Source of the DNA: an uncultured candidate division Zixibacteria bacterium
GTDB lineage: Bacteria; Zixibacteria; MSB-5A5; UBA10806; 4484-95
NCBI GenBank assembly: GCA_963668625.2
Contig: CAXXKA010000003.1
Span: 1-64,000 of the forward strand
Reading direction: 5' to 3'
Length of the DNA: 64,000 nucleotides
Below, piece by piece: positions 20,889-30,493 of this stretch. Both the position numbers and the translations under genes were made by a program. Position 1 is the first letter of the stretch; every line of letters starts with the position of its first letter. Below the pieces are notes generated by a model. It was given only the letters and a program-made list of their open reading frames with translations, was not told the DNA's origin and made no database searches.

Positions 20889-21677
20889 ATGATTTCATCT
20901 ATAACACATTTCATGAAGAGCAGACAATTACTGCCTGTTATTGCAATATTATTTGCCTCTATCGTACTGGTATTTATGCCCCAGACGGTGAAGATAAGTA
21001 TTTCAGGCGTTTTTACCCGCTTTATATACTCGCCTTTCAATCAGCTTGATGATTTCCTGTTGGGAATCACCCGGGCTAAAGGCGAAAACGTGACACTCAA
21101 GGAAAAGCTTGTTGGCGTTTCGATGAAGGCCTCGCAGTTTACCGAGGATCATTACGAGAACAATCGTCTACGGCGTATGCTGGGTTTTGACCTTCAATTA
21201 CCACACAGCCTGGTGCCCGCGGAGGTAATCGGACTTCGACCGGGTTTGATGTCCAAATCGGTGGTGATCAATATCGGTTCCAAAAACGGTATACAGCGCA
21301 ATATGCCTGTTGTTACCGCCGATGGTATCGTGGGCAAAACGATTGAGGTCTCGCCAACTACCGCGATTGTTCAACTGCTTATCGATCATAACTGTAAAGT
21401 TTCGGCAATCGATCAGAATACGAGAGCTATGGGGATTATCAGATGGCGGGGTGGCAAGTATCTGGAGATGGGGGATGTGCCCATCGAGAGCCATATAGCA
21501 GTCGGCGATTCGGTGATTTCCTCTGGACTCGGAGGGATATTCCCACCCAGCTTGATGGTTGGCACGGTGATATTCAGTCACGATGAAGCTGGTACTTTGT
21601 TTAAAGATGTTTTCATTAAACCATCCGTGGATTTTTCAACGCTCGAAGAGGTATTTGTAGTTATATATGGCGAATAG
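20889..21677 (+). CDS. mreC: Rod shape-determining protein MreC
   Basis: ENNRLRRML, INIGSKNGI, GIVG and SSGLGGIFP motifs. Confidence 0.93.
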   Translation: MISSITHFMKSRQLLPVIAILFASIVLVFMPQTVKISISGVFTRFIYSPFNQLDDFLLGITRAKGENVTLKEKLVGVSMKASQFTEDHYENNRLRRMLGFDLQLPHSLVPAEVIGLRPGLMSKSVVINIGSKNGIQRNMPVVTADGIVGKTIEVSPTTAIVQLLIDHNCKVSAIDQNTRAMGIIRWRGGKYLEMGDVPIESHIAVGDSVISSGLGGIFPPSLMVGTVIFSHDEAGTLFKDVFIKPSVDFSTLEEVFVVIYGE

Positions 21678-22164
21678 ATTACTTTTAAGCAGATATATAA
21701 TCGGCCTGATATTGATCGTATTCTATCAGATCGTGATCGCGCCGCGTATCGAGGTGTTCGGACTCCGGGCCGATCTGGCGATTATATTCACTGTCTGGAT
21801 CGGTTTGATACATGGGCCGAAACCGGCGGCTTATTTCGGATTCGTGGCCGGTATACTTATAGGTGTGCTAAGCCCGCTCGAACTGGGCTGGGCGGCGCTA
21901 TTCCTGACAATCGCCGGCTATGTTAACGGTATGATAAGCCATAAGCTTGAAATCGATCCTATCCCCGTTAAATCATTGATACTGCTCATTACGGCGGTTT
22001 CATTTAACCTTCTGATGTTTCTTTTCACTCGTGTCGAATTGATATTCTTGAATCCAGCGTACATACTGATAAACACTTTATTACCCGCCCTGTACAGCGC
22101 CGTTTTAGGTATGGCAATTTTTTATGTTATAAGATACAGATTCATTGTTAAGGATCTCTTGTAA
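21667..22164 (+). CDS. mreD: Rod shape-determining protein MreD
   Basis: Hydrophobic 165-aa protein between mreC and mrdA. Confidence 0.85.
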   Translation: MANRLLLSRYIIGLILIVFYQIVIAPRIEVFGLRADLAIIFTVWIGLIHGPKPAAYFGFVAGILIGVLSPLELGWAALFLTIAGYVNGMISHKLEIDPIPVKSLILLITAVSFNLLMFLFTRVELIFLNPAYILINTLLPALYSAVLGMAIFYVIRYRFIVKDLL

Positions 22165-23954
22165 TGTCCAACGAAACCCCGAGGAAAAATTTCCATATGA
22201 GATTGATGGTGGTGTTTATAACACTATGTTGTCTCGTACTGGTAATAAAACTTTTCTCGATACAGGTATTCGCCAAAGCTTATTATCAGGAAAAATCAAT
22301 CGATAACAGCGTTCGAATCGTACCGATAAAGGCGCCCCGAGGTGATATCGTCGATTGCAATAATGTCTATATCGTCCAGAATAGACCCTCATATACCGTG
22401 TATCTCTTACCTTACGAGGTTCCTGATATCAACAGCGCCTCAGCCAGGTTGGCCGAGGTACTGGATATGGATGAGATTTATTTGAAGAAAATTATCTCCA
22501 CCGGTTGGAAAGGCCAATTTCAGCCTATAAGGTTAAAGCGTGATGTTGATTTCGAGACGATCAGTGTTATCGAGGAGCATTCGCTGGATATGCCGGGTGT
22601 CGTATTTCAGGTGGAACCGACCAGGTTATACCCCGATAGTGGTTTCGCCAGCCATCTCTATGGATATGTTGGCGAGGTTTCCGAGGATGAGCTGAAATCG
22701 ACGAAGAATTACAAGAAAGGCCAGATAATCGGTAAAAAAGGATTGGAAAGGCAATACAACCAATACCTTCGCGGCCGGGATGGTGTACTTTATCTGGAGG
22801 TCACGGCCAAAGGCAGAGTGCTGGGAGACTACCCGGCACGTAAGCCGATTAAACCGGTTAAAGGAGCTGAGGTTAAGTTAAATATCGATTCTGGTTTACA
22901 GAGGAAAGCTGAATCGCTATTGATCGAAAAAGGGCAAGGATCGGTAGTTGCTATAGATGTTAACACCGGCGGCGTTTTAGTATTGGCCTCGGTACCACTA
23001 TATGATGCCAACCTGTTTTCCGGCGTTGTGCCCTCCGATAAATGGGCCGATATAATGGCTGATACGACCTACCCGCTTCTAAACCGGGCGATTCAAGGAA
23101 GTTACCCGCCCGGCTCGACATTTAAGGCGTTCACCGCAGCCATGGGGCTTCACTATGATAAAATCAAAAACGAAGGGGATTTCGATATCTGCCGGGGCGT
23201 AAAAAGGTTCGGCAACAGGAATTTTAAATGCTGGCTGGCGCGCGGGCATGGCAGGTTAGATTTACACGGCGCTATCGTACAATCTTGTGATGTATATTTT
23301 TATCAGCTTGGCCTGGAATGTGGTATGGAGCTATTCGGAGAATTCATGCCTCAATGCAGGTTTGGCGAGCTTACCGGAATCGATATTCCCGGCGAGAAAA
23401 GCGGAATATCCCCGACTATAGATTTTTACAATAAACGCTATGGCCCCAAAGGCTGGACTAAGTATCTAATAAACAACCTGGCAATAGGACAGGGCGAAAT
23501 ACTGGTCACGCCCTTGCAGATGGCGGTCTTGTATGCTGCGCTGGCGAATGGTGGAAAAATATATAAACCTCATATCGTGAACCAGGTAAGCAGCCCGGAT
23601 GTTAATATCAGTTATTATCCCCAGGTGCTGGATACCTTGCCTATCACTCAGGACCAGTTAAAAATTATCAACGATGCTCTCGCCGGAGTGGTAAACGAGG
23701 AGAGGGGCACAGCCAGTTGGATAAAAGTCCCGGGAGTAACAGTTGCCGGTAAAACCGGTACAGCGCAAAACCCACACGGCGATGATCATGCCTGGTTCGT
23801 ATGTTTTGCGCCGGTGGAATCACCGGAGATAGCCGTGGCTGTAATAGTTGAAAATGCTGGTCACGGAAGCTCTATCGCAGCACCAGTTGCCAGGGATGTC
23901 TTAAGGTATTACTTTAGGGGTGTGAAGCCATCCGAAAAGGATATTGAGTTATAA
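22164..23954 (+). CDS. mrdA: Penicillin-binding protein 2
   Basis: APRGDI, PGSTFK (SxxK), SCD and KTGTAQ motifs. Confidence 0.95.
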   Translation: MSNETPRKNFHMRLMVVFITLCCLVLVIKLFSIQVFAKAYYQEKSIDNSVRIVPIKAPRGDIVDCNNVYIVQNRPSYTVYLLPYEVPDINSASARLAEVLDMDEIYLKKIISTGWKGQFQPIRLKRDVDFETISVIEEHSLDMPGVVFQVEPTRLYPDSGFASHLYGYVGEVSEDELKSTKNYKKGQIIGKKGLERQYNQYLRGRDGVLYLEVTAKGRVLGDYPARKPIKPVKGAEVKLNIDSGLQRKAESLLIEKGQGSVVAIDVNTGGVLVLASVPLYDANLFSGVVPSDKWADIMADTTYPLLNRAIQGSYPPGSTFKAFTAAMGLHYDKIKNEGDFDICRGVKRFGNRNFKCWLARGHGRLDLHGAIVQSCDVYFYQLGLECGMELFGEFMPQCRFGELTGIDIPGEKSGISPTIDFYNKRYGPKGWTKYLINNLAIGQGEILVTPLQMAVLYAALANGGKIYKPHIVNQVSSPDVNISYYPQVLDTLPITQDQLKIINDALAGVVNEERGTASWIKVPGVTVAGKTGTAQNPHGDDHAWFVCFAPVESPEIAVAVIVENAGHGSSIAAPVARDVLRYYFRGVKPSEKDIEL

Positions 23955-23957
23955 GGG

Positions 23958-25163
23958 ATGACTAAAGGTTTCGATTTTATACTGATACTGGCCGCCTTGG
24001 CTTTATCTATAATAGGCATTTTATTTATTTATAGCGCCACCCATAACACCACCGAATTGGCCCAACAGTCTTACCATCAAAGACAAATAATATGGTTGGC
24101 GGCAGCTCTGGTGTTGGCGATAATAGCTTATTTCGTACCCCTTAAAATGCACGAGGCGATGGCTTACGTGTATTACTTTATCGCTATGGGTCTTCTGCTC
24201 GTGGTACTATTTATCTCAAGTAGTGGTACCGCCAGATGGTTTCATTTCGGGGGGTTCGCCATTCAACCGGTGGAATTCGCCAAGGTTGCCCTGTGTGTAG
24301 CTCTGGCACGTTTTCTGGCATACCGTCATGGCCGTCTGCACCGTTTTTCAACTATATTTTTAGGTATGATGATAGTAGCTATCCCAACAGCCCTGGTAAT
24401 CAAACAACCCGATCTGGGAAGTTCGCTGGTTGGAATATCGATTTTCCTGGGTTTGCTGTTCTGGACAGGTATGCCAATTTCAAGAATTATTATGGTTATC
24501 TCACCTGTGCTGAGTATTATTACGGCATTCCACTGGCTATCCTGGGCAATATTTTTCTTAGCTTTCATATTGCTGTTATACTTTGCCCGCCCTAAACTTA
24601 TTCCGGGAATAATTTATGTAGTGATAAACCTGACTGTTGGTATGCTAACGCCTATATTGTGGAACCGCCTGCATGAATACCAGCGACTTCGTATCCTGAC
24701 ATTCCTGGATCCCGGGCAGGATCCGGCAGGCGCAGGCTACCAGATAATCCAGTCAAAAATAGCCATCGGCTCCGGCGGATTCTGGGGCAAGGGATTCATG
24801 GAAAGCACCCAGACAAAGCTCGACTATCTCCCGGCCCAGCATACCGATTTTATTTTTTCTGTGATTGGCGAGGAAACCGGATTTATTGGCGGAACTATTG
24901 TTATCATTTTGTTTTTAATAGTAATTATAAGAGGATTTATGATTGCTAATAGAGTTCGAAATACTTTCTACAGTTATGTGGCCGCCGGTTTGACTACCGC
25001 TATATTTTTTCAGATGATTGTCAATATCGGGATGACGGTTGGCTTGATGCCGGTTACCGGGTTGCCACTACCGTTTGTCAGTTACGGCGGATCATCAATG
25101 CTGTTTTTCTGGGGTATTATCGGGCTATTGCTGGCTATTAATCGCGATTGGCAGGAGTATTAA
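23958..25163 (+). CDS. rodA: SEDS peptidoglycan glycosyltransferase RodA
   Basis: QPVEFAK, QPDLG, AIGSGG, HTDFIF and LPFVSYGGSS motifs. Confidence 0.95.
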   Translation: MTKGFDFILILAALALSIIGILFIYSATHNTTELAQQSYHQRQIIWLAAALVLAIIAYFVPLKMHEAMAYVYYFIAMGLLLVVLFISSSGTARWFHFGGFAIQPVEFAKVALCVALARFLAYRHGRLHRFSTIFLGMMIVAIPTALVIKQPDLGSSLVGISIFLGLLFWTGMPISRIIMVISPVLSIITAFHWLSWAIFFLAFILLLYFARPKLIPGIIYVVINLTVGMLTPILWNRLHEYQRLRILTFLDPGQDPAGAGYQIIQSKIAIGSGGFWGKGFMESTQTKLDYLPAQHTDFIFSVIGEETGFIGGTIVIILFLIVIIRGFMIANRVRNTFYSYVAAGLTTAIFFQMIVNIGMTVGLMPVTGLPLPFVSYGGSSMLFFWGIIGLLLAINRDWQEY

Positions 25164-25164
25164 T

Positions 25165-25968
25165 ATGCATCCGGATTTATTTACTATAGGGCCCGTTCAA
25201 ATTAAAACATATGGTTTGATGCTGGCTATGTCGTTCTTCTTCGGTGTTTGGTTAGCTATTAAACGAGGCGAGAAAAACGGCGTTAAATCGAACGATATGA
25301 TTGACCTGTCTTTCATCCTGATTATCGCGGCGATCATCGGCTCGCGTTTTTTCTATGTCGTCTATCATACCGAGGAGTTTACCGGGCATTGGCTGGATGC
25401 CGTTAATCCGTTCCAATCCTCCGGGGCTATCGGTTTAGCGGGTCTCTCCATGATGGGGGGAATCGTGTTGGCGATTGCGGCCTCGATGGTATATTTCATC
25501 ATAAAGAAAACAAGCCCCTGGGCGATGCTCGATTCGATGGCGCCCTCGTTTTTTATCGGCCTGGGAATTACTCGTATAGGTTGCTTTTTCAACGGCTGCT
25601 GCTATGGTATGGCTACCGATCACTGGTGCGGGATCACTTTTCCTTTTCATCATCACGCAGTATGGCCCACGCAGCTTTTCTCCTCAGCGGCCGGGTTTAT
25701 CATGCTGGGATTATTATTGCTTTTCGAAAAGAAATGGAAAGCGTTTCACGGGTTCACTTTTTGGGTCGCCCTCATGATGTATAGCGTGTGGCGTTTTATT
25801 ATCGATTTTATCCGCTACTACGAGGAAGCCATGGTAATAGTCAATATCGGCGGCGCAAATATCTCACGAAATCAATTCCTGACCTTATGTCTGTTTATTA
25901 TAGCGGTGTTCTGGTTATTATTTTTGAGGCGTCAACATGCCGAGAATTCTCGACAGCCTGAGAACTAA
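25165..25968 (+). CDS. lgt: Prolipoprotein diacylglyceryl transferase
   Basis: MHPDLF...YGLM, GSRFFYV, RIGCFFNGCCYG and WPTQL motifs. Start reassigned to ATG 25165 after GGAG. Confidence 0.92.
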   Translation: MHPDLFTIGPVQIKTYGLMLAMSFFFGVWLAIKRGEKNGVKSNDMIDLSFILIIAAIIGSRFFYVVYHTEEFTGHWLDAVNPFQSSGAIGLAGLSMMGGIVLAIAASMVYFIIKKTSPWAMLDSMAPSFFIGLGITRIGCFFNGCCYGMATDHWCGITFPFHHHAVWPTQLFSSAAGFIMLGLLLLFEKKWKAFHGFTFWVALMMYSVWRFIIDFIRYYEEAMVIVNIGGANISRNQFLTLCLFIIAVFWLLFLRRQHAENSRQPEN

Positions 25969-26674
25969 CGCCGGGCGTCTTCTCGATGATGTTTTCGCTT
26001 TCATCTCTGCCCCGAGATGTCCGGCTTGCGAGGAGCCACTGGAGCATCCCCGGACGCCGTTATGCCCAAATTGCGAATGTAAATTCATCTATACCGGAGA
26101 TGGCCCAGTTTGCCTGCTTTGCCGCAAGCCTGCCGAGCTTAAGTGTGATTGCGCAACCGGCTATGATTTCGATATACCTCAGCTGTATTATTGGGCAACA
26201 TACACGGATATCGTAAGAGCGTTGATACATCGTTTTAAATTCCATCGCCAGATGAAATTAGGTGAGTACCTTACAGGCAAAGCTCTCGATTCGCTCCATC
26301 GACGATTATTATCGGCTGAATTCGATATGATAGTTCCTATCCCGATGCTTAAACGAGATATTAAAACGCGGACATTCAATCAGACCGAGTTGATAGCGAA
26401 AACGCTTTCCGAAAAACTTGGACGACCATGCGAGTTCGAAATATTGAGGAAGATAAAACCAACCCGATTCCAAGCGGATCTGGGGCGCGAGGAGAGATGG
26501 AGCAATATTGTCGGAGCGTTCAATATCGAAAATATAGGGGCAGTGAAAGGTAAATCGGTGTTGCTGGTTGACGATATAGTAACTACGGGGGCAACTACGA
26601 TCGAGGCAACCAGGGTATTACATAAAGCTGATGTCAAGAATGTAACGGTTTTTGCTATTGCTTCCAGTCATTAA
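25937..26674 (+). CDS. comF: ComF family protein (zinc ribbon + PRTase domain)
   Basis: Several CxxC pairs, FNQTE and LLVDDIVTTGAT motifs. Confidence 0.88.
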   Translation: MPRILDSLRTNAGRLLDDVFAFISAPRCPACEEPLEHPRTPLCPNCECKFIYTGDGPVCLLCRKPAELKCDCATGYDFDIPQLYYWATYTDIVRALIHRFKFHRQMKLGEYLTGKALDSLHRRLLSAEFDMIVPIPMLKRDIKTRTFNQTELIAKTLSEKLGRPCEFEILRKIKPTRFQADLGREERWSNIVGAFNIENIGAVKGKSVLLVDDIVTTGATTIEATRVLHKADVKNVTVFAIASSH

Positions 26675-26689
26675 CTATAGGATAAGATT

Positions 26690-27112
26690 ATGGCAGAGTA
26701 CAAAGTGATTGAACAGGGCGCGTTCGCCGATTACGAATTCGAAGCAACCGCCCGAACGATAGAGGATCTTTTTGAAATTTGCGGGATGGCTACTTTCGAG
26801 GCGATGGCCGATCTCTCTCATGTTTATCCGGTCGATCAGTACGATATCGAGCTCGATGCGGAAAATATCAGCGAGCTATTGTATGCTTTTCTGGCCGAGC
26901 TGATCTATCTTAAGGATTTAGAATCGTTTCTCATAAAAGAATATAATATATCAATCGATCAAGATAAGAAATTATATTGTCGGGTGATGGGGGAACGTAT
27001 CGATCCGAGTAAACATGAATTAAAAAACGACGTAAAAGCAGTAACTTATCATCACTTTGAGTTGAAACGTATCTCCGGGGGTTATACCGCTCATATTTTG
27101 CTGGATTTATAG
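26690..27112 (+). CDS. Archease
   Basis: FADYEF, FLAELIYL and DVKAVTYH motifs with C-terminal LDL. Directly upstream of rtcB. Confidence 0.92.
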   Translation: MAEYKVIEQGAFADYEFEATARTIEDLFEICGMATFEAMADLSHVYPVDQYDIELDAENISELLYAFLAELIYLKDLESFLIKEYNISIDQDKKLYCRVMGERIDPSKHELKNDVKAVTYHHFELKRISGGYTAHILLDL

Positions 27113-27113
27113 C

Positions 27114-28562
27114 ATGGAAATGGTCAAAATCAACGACTATACCTGGGAGATTCCCAAACATGCGAAGCAGGGCATGAAAGTCCCGGCCCGGCTGCTAGCC
27201 TCTAAACAGCTTTTAGATAATCTCGATGAGGGAGTTATCGAACAGATAACCAACGTTGCCTGTTTGCCGGGGATAAGGCGTTATGCTTTATGTATGCCGG
27301 ATGGCCATCGCGGTTATGGTTTTCCGATTGGCGGCGTGGGTGCGTTCAGCACGCGTACCGGTATTATCTCGCCGGGAGGTATAGGATTCGATATCAACTG
27401 CGGCGTGCGTATGATCCGTACCGACCTGACCGAATCCGAGGTAAGGCCTAAACTCGAACAACTGATTGATACCATATACCGATTAGTGCCGGCGGGTGTC
27501 GGCAGTAAAGGGTTAATTGATCTTAACGCCGGACAGTTCGATAGCATGATGGCCGAGGGAATACCCTGGGCGGCTAAGAATGGTTATGCCTGGAAAAGCG
27601 ATATCGAATTCACCGAGCAGGGAGGCTGCATAAAAGGAGGCAATCCCGATAATGTCTCCGACAAAGCGAAGAAACGGGGGATAGGCCAAATTGGTTCGCT
27701 CGGTTCGGGAAATCATTATCTAGAAATACAGAGTGTCGATTTTCCGCCCGATTGCGATCGGGAGAAAGCTAAAATATTGGGAATAGACGAGCCGGGACAG
27801 ATCACCATTATGATACATTGCGGCTCACGCGGATTCGGACATCAGATAGGCACGGATTACCTTCAGAGTTTCGGTAAAGTGATGGCTAAATATGGTATTC
27901 ATACCAGCGATAGAGAGCTTGCCTGCGCGCCTTTCGATTCGCCGGAGGGGCAGGCATACTACAGCGCTATGGCCTGTGCCGCCAATGCCGCATTCGTCAA
28001 CCGGCAAGTTATAATGCATCAGGTGAGAAAAGCGTTTGGCAAAGTGTTTAATAAAAATCCCGAGCATATGGGGATGAACCTCGTTTACGATGTAGCCCAT
28101 AATATAGCCAAGATAGAAAAGCATGATATAGGGGATGGTAAAATTGAGGAGTTACTGGTGCATCGCAAAGGCGCCACCCGGGCATTCGGGCCGGGCAGCC
28201 CGGATTTACCCGACCTGTACCGCGATATCGGCCAGCCGGTGTTGGTTGGCGGTTCGATGCAGACGGGATCATACGTGCTTATCGGTACCCGGGATGCCAT
28301 GAGCGACACCTTCGGTAGCACACTTCACGGTGCAGGCCGGGTGATGTCACGATCGGCGGCCAAACGCAAAGTGCGTGGCTCAGAGATTAAAGACCAGATG
28401 GTGAAAGCCGGTATTATAATTCGCGCCGCCTCGATGAAAGGCCTGGCTGAGGAAGCCGGTTTTGCCTACAAGGATGTCAATCAAGTAGTCGATTCCGTGC
28501 ATAAACTCGGTATATCGAAAAAGGTAGCGCATCTTAAACCGCTGGCGAATATCAAAGGCTGA
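27114..28562 (+). CDS. rtcB: RNA-splicing/repair ligase RtcB (long, archaeal-type)
   Basis: MPDGHRGYGFPIGG, GFDINCG, GSLGSGNHYLE, HCGSRG, HNIA, HRKGAT and HGAGR motifs. Confidence 0.97.
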   Translation: MEMVKINDYTWEIPKHAKQGMKVPARLLASKQLLDNLDEGVIEQITNVACLPGIRRYALCMPDGHRGYGFPIGGVGAFSTRTGIISPGGIGFDINCGVRMIRTDLTESEVRPKLEQLIDTIYRLVPAGVGSKGLIDLNAGQFDSMMAEGIPWAAKNGYAWKSDIEFTEQGGCIKGGNPDNVSDKAKKRGIGQIGSLGSGNHYLEIQSVDFPPDCDREKAKILGIDEPGQITIMIHCGSRGFGHQIGTDYLQSFGKVMAKYGIHTSDRELACAPFDSPEGQAYYSAMACAANAAFVNRQVIMHQVRKAFGKVFNKNPEHMGMNLVYDVAHNIAKIEKHDIGDGKIEELLVHRKGATRAFGPGSPDLPDLYRDIGQPVLVGGSMQTGSYVLIGTRDAMSDTFGSTLHGAGRVMSRSAAKRKVRGSEIKDQMVKAGIIIRAASMKGLAEEAGFAYKDVNQVVDSVHKLGISKKVAHLKPLANIKG

Positions 28563-28676
28563 AAGCGGTAACAAACATATCCAGCCCCAACCCTGGATTG
28601 GATGGAGTACCTTTGTCGGAAGAGTGAGTAGTAATAGCATGCTGATTTGCTTTTCATGGCCGGCAACGAGGGAAAT

Positions 28677-28801
28677 GTTGATAAAGTCATTTGTATGAGT
28701 CGCTGGGCGGACGAAGTCCTTTGTTCATATTTTCCCGGCGACATACTGCATGAATAGAGCAGGCAGTAAAAGATTCCTTCCTGCTCAGTGAGTTTTTCAA
28801 C
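28677..28801. repeat. Structured intergenic repeat family B, copy 1
   Basis: Shares a 28-bp identical core ATGAGTCGCTGGGCGGACGAAGTCCTTT with 49430-49564. Ends GTTGATAAA...TTTTTCAAC. Confidence 0.85.
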
Positions 28802-28983
28802 TACTCCTAGACCTGCAGTCCAACCCGCCCGATGGGTGAGGAGCATCTTATTGCGGCAGATGCATAACCTCAACACTGCATGAAGTCTGCAATCTACTAA
28901 ATCATGAAATTGACGTATATATTTCTTCATGCGGTTCAGCCATGACCCGGGTAGGCGTGATCTGTTGAAAGCGGAAAAAAATC

Positions 28984-30216
28984 CTAATTCATCTCCGAAG
29001 CGGATTTTCCGGCAACATATCCGGAGGAGAACGCAAACTGCATATTATAGCCGCCATAAGGCCCTAAAACATCGATGACATCCCCGGCAAAATACAGCTC
29101 TTTCACTTTTTTCGACTGCATCGTTTTGGGGTCGATTTCCTCGGTGACCACTCCGCCGCGCACTCCACGGGTGCTGTTAAACGGCTTGTGTCCTTTGATT
29201 GTGAGACGGAAATCTTTGATAGCATGAATCAGCGATTTGCGCTCGAGATGCGAGATGTGCATCACGGACTTATCCAGCTTTATCCGTGATTCCAATTGGA
29301 TCGCTTTAATCACATTTGCATTGAAATATCTGTCCAGAAGCTGCCCGATCAGCACATGCTTGCGGGAAATTACCTCTTTTACAAACCAGGTCTCGAATGT
29401 CTCACGCGGTTCATCCGGCATGAAATCGAGCCTTATTTCTATATCATGATTTTTCATCTGCTCGATTATCTCTGCCGACTGATTGAGAATAATAGGTCCG
29501 GATACGCCGAGTGGGGTAAATTTGATGGCGCCTATTTCTGATTGCAGCAATTTGTGATCGGCAAAAACGCTAATCCTGATATCATCTATTATTTCACCGG
29601 CCAGCTCTTTACCGTATTTCTCGTTGGTTTTCAAATCTACCAGGGCCGGTTTAATATCTGTTACCTGATGTCCGAGTTGTTCGGATATGGTGTAGCCATC
29701 CCGAGTAGCTCCGTATTTGGGTGAGGAAAATGAACCGGTTGCTAAAATCACCCGGGAGGCGGGGAACAGCGAACCGTTTACCATAACGCCCGATAAACCG
29801 CCGTTTTCGCGTACTATATCAGTAACTCTGCTTGATTTTTTATAGATCACGCCGCGTTTGGTAGCCTCCTCCAGAAGTATCTGACTTAATCCGCGACCTG
29901 ACATACCATTGGCCCGATAATGGCCGGTTTCGTCAGGATCCAGATTTAATCCTATCTTGCTGAAAAGCTTAACCAGATCATTCTGGGAAAACATCTTTAA
30001 TACGGCCCTGACAAAATCCGCTTTTTCGCCAAAACGTGAGGCCATCTGAGTAGCCGGCATTTTCTCAGAGAAGAAAAAATCCTCTTGAGGAATAGCAGAT
30101 ATCTTTTTTCCAGGTTCCGGGTTTTTATTAAATAATATTACTTTATCAGATTTTTCCGAGGCTGCGATTGCAGCTAGTAATCCCGATGGTCCTCCCCCAA
30201 CAATCACAATATGCAT
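28984..30216 (-). CDS. HI0933/YhiN/BaiN-family flavoprotein (divergent)
   Basis: VGGGPSG, LATGS, GVSGP, GGV and LYFAGDVIDV.GPYGGYNMQFAFSSG motifs. Confidence 0.88.
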   Translation of the reverse strand: MHIVIVGGGPSGLLAAIAASEKSDKVILFNKNPEPGKKISAIPQEDFFFSEKMPATQMASRFGEKADFVRAVLKMFSQNDLVKLFSKIGLNLDPDETGHYRANGMSGRGLSQILLEEATKRGVIYKKSSRVTDIVRENGGLSGVMVNGSLFPASRVILATGSFSSPKYGATRDGYTISEQLGHQVTDIKPALVDLKTNEKYGKELAGEIIDDIRISVFADHKLLQSEIGAIKFTPLGVSGPIILNQSAEIIEQMKNHDIEIRLDFMPDEPRETFETWFVKEVISRKHVLIGQLLDRYFNANVIKAIQLESRIKLDKSVMHISHLERKSLIHAIKDFRLTIKGHKPFNSTRGVRGGVVTEEIDPKTMQSKKVKELYFAGDVIDVLGPYGGYNMQFAFSSGYVAGKSASEMN

Positions 30217-30370
30217 CTAAGGCAAACTCCTTTAACAATCGTCTTGATATACCGTTACCCCTATTCAAATAATAAGATTAAGTAAATCTATTTTATAAAA
30301 GAAAAATATATACTACTTCATAAATGTCAAGCGGTTTTAGTAATAACTAAAAAATAATCAATCTATACTC

Positions 30371-30398
30371 TTGACTCTTTCATCATATTTGTTATATT
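30371..30398 (+). promoter_or_regulatory. Putative sigma70 promoter
   Basis: TTGACT-16 nt-TATATT upstream of the gene at 30494. Confidence 0.4.
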
Positions 30399-30493
30399 AC
30401 TCGGAAACATACGCTTATGGAAAATAAATAATGTTTTTAAAGGCATTCAAAATATTTTGTTAATTTGGCAGCTTTAATAAAAAGGAGTAATAA

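Noticed and set aside
28690-28745. Hammerhead ribozyme in repeat family B (ATGA-GTC...GAC-GAA), tempting next to rtcB
   Set aside because: The core lacks CUGANGA and GAAA with a matching stem III/NUH, and an alternative longer stem is supported by covariation.
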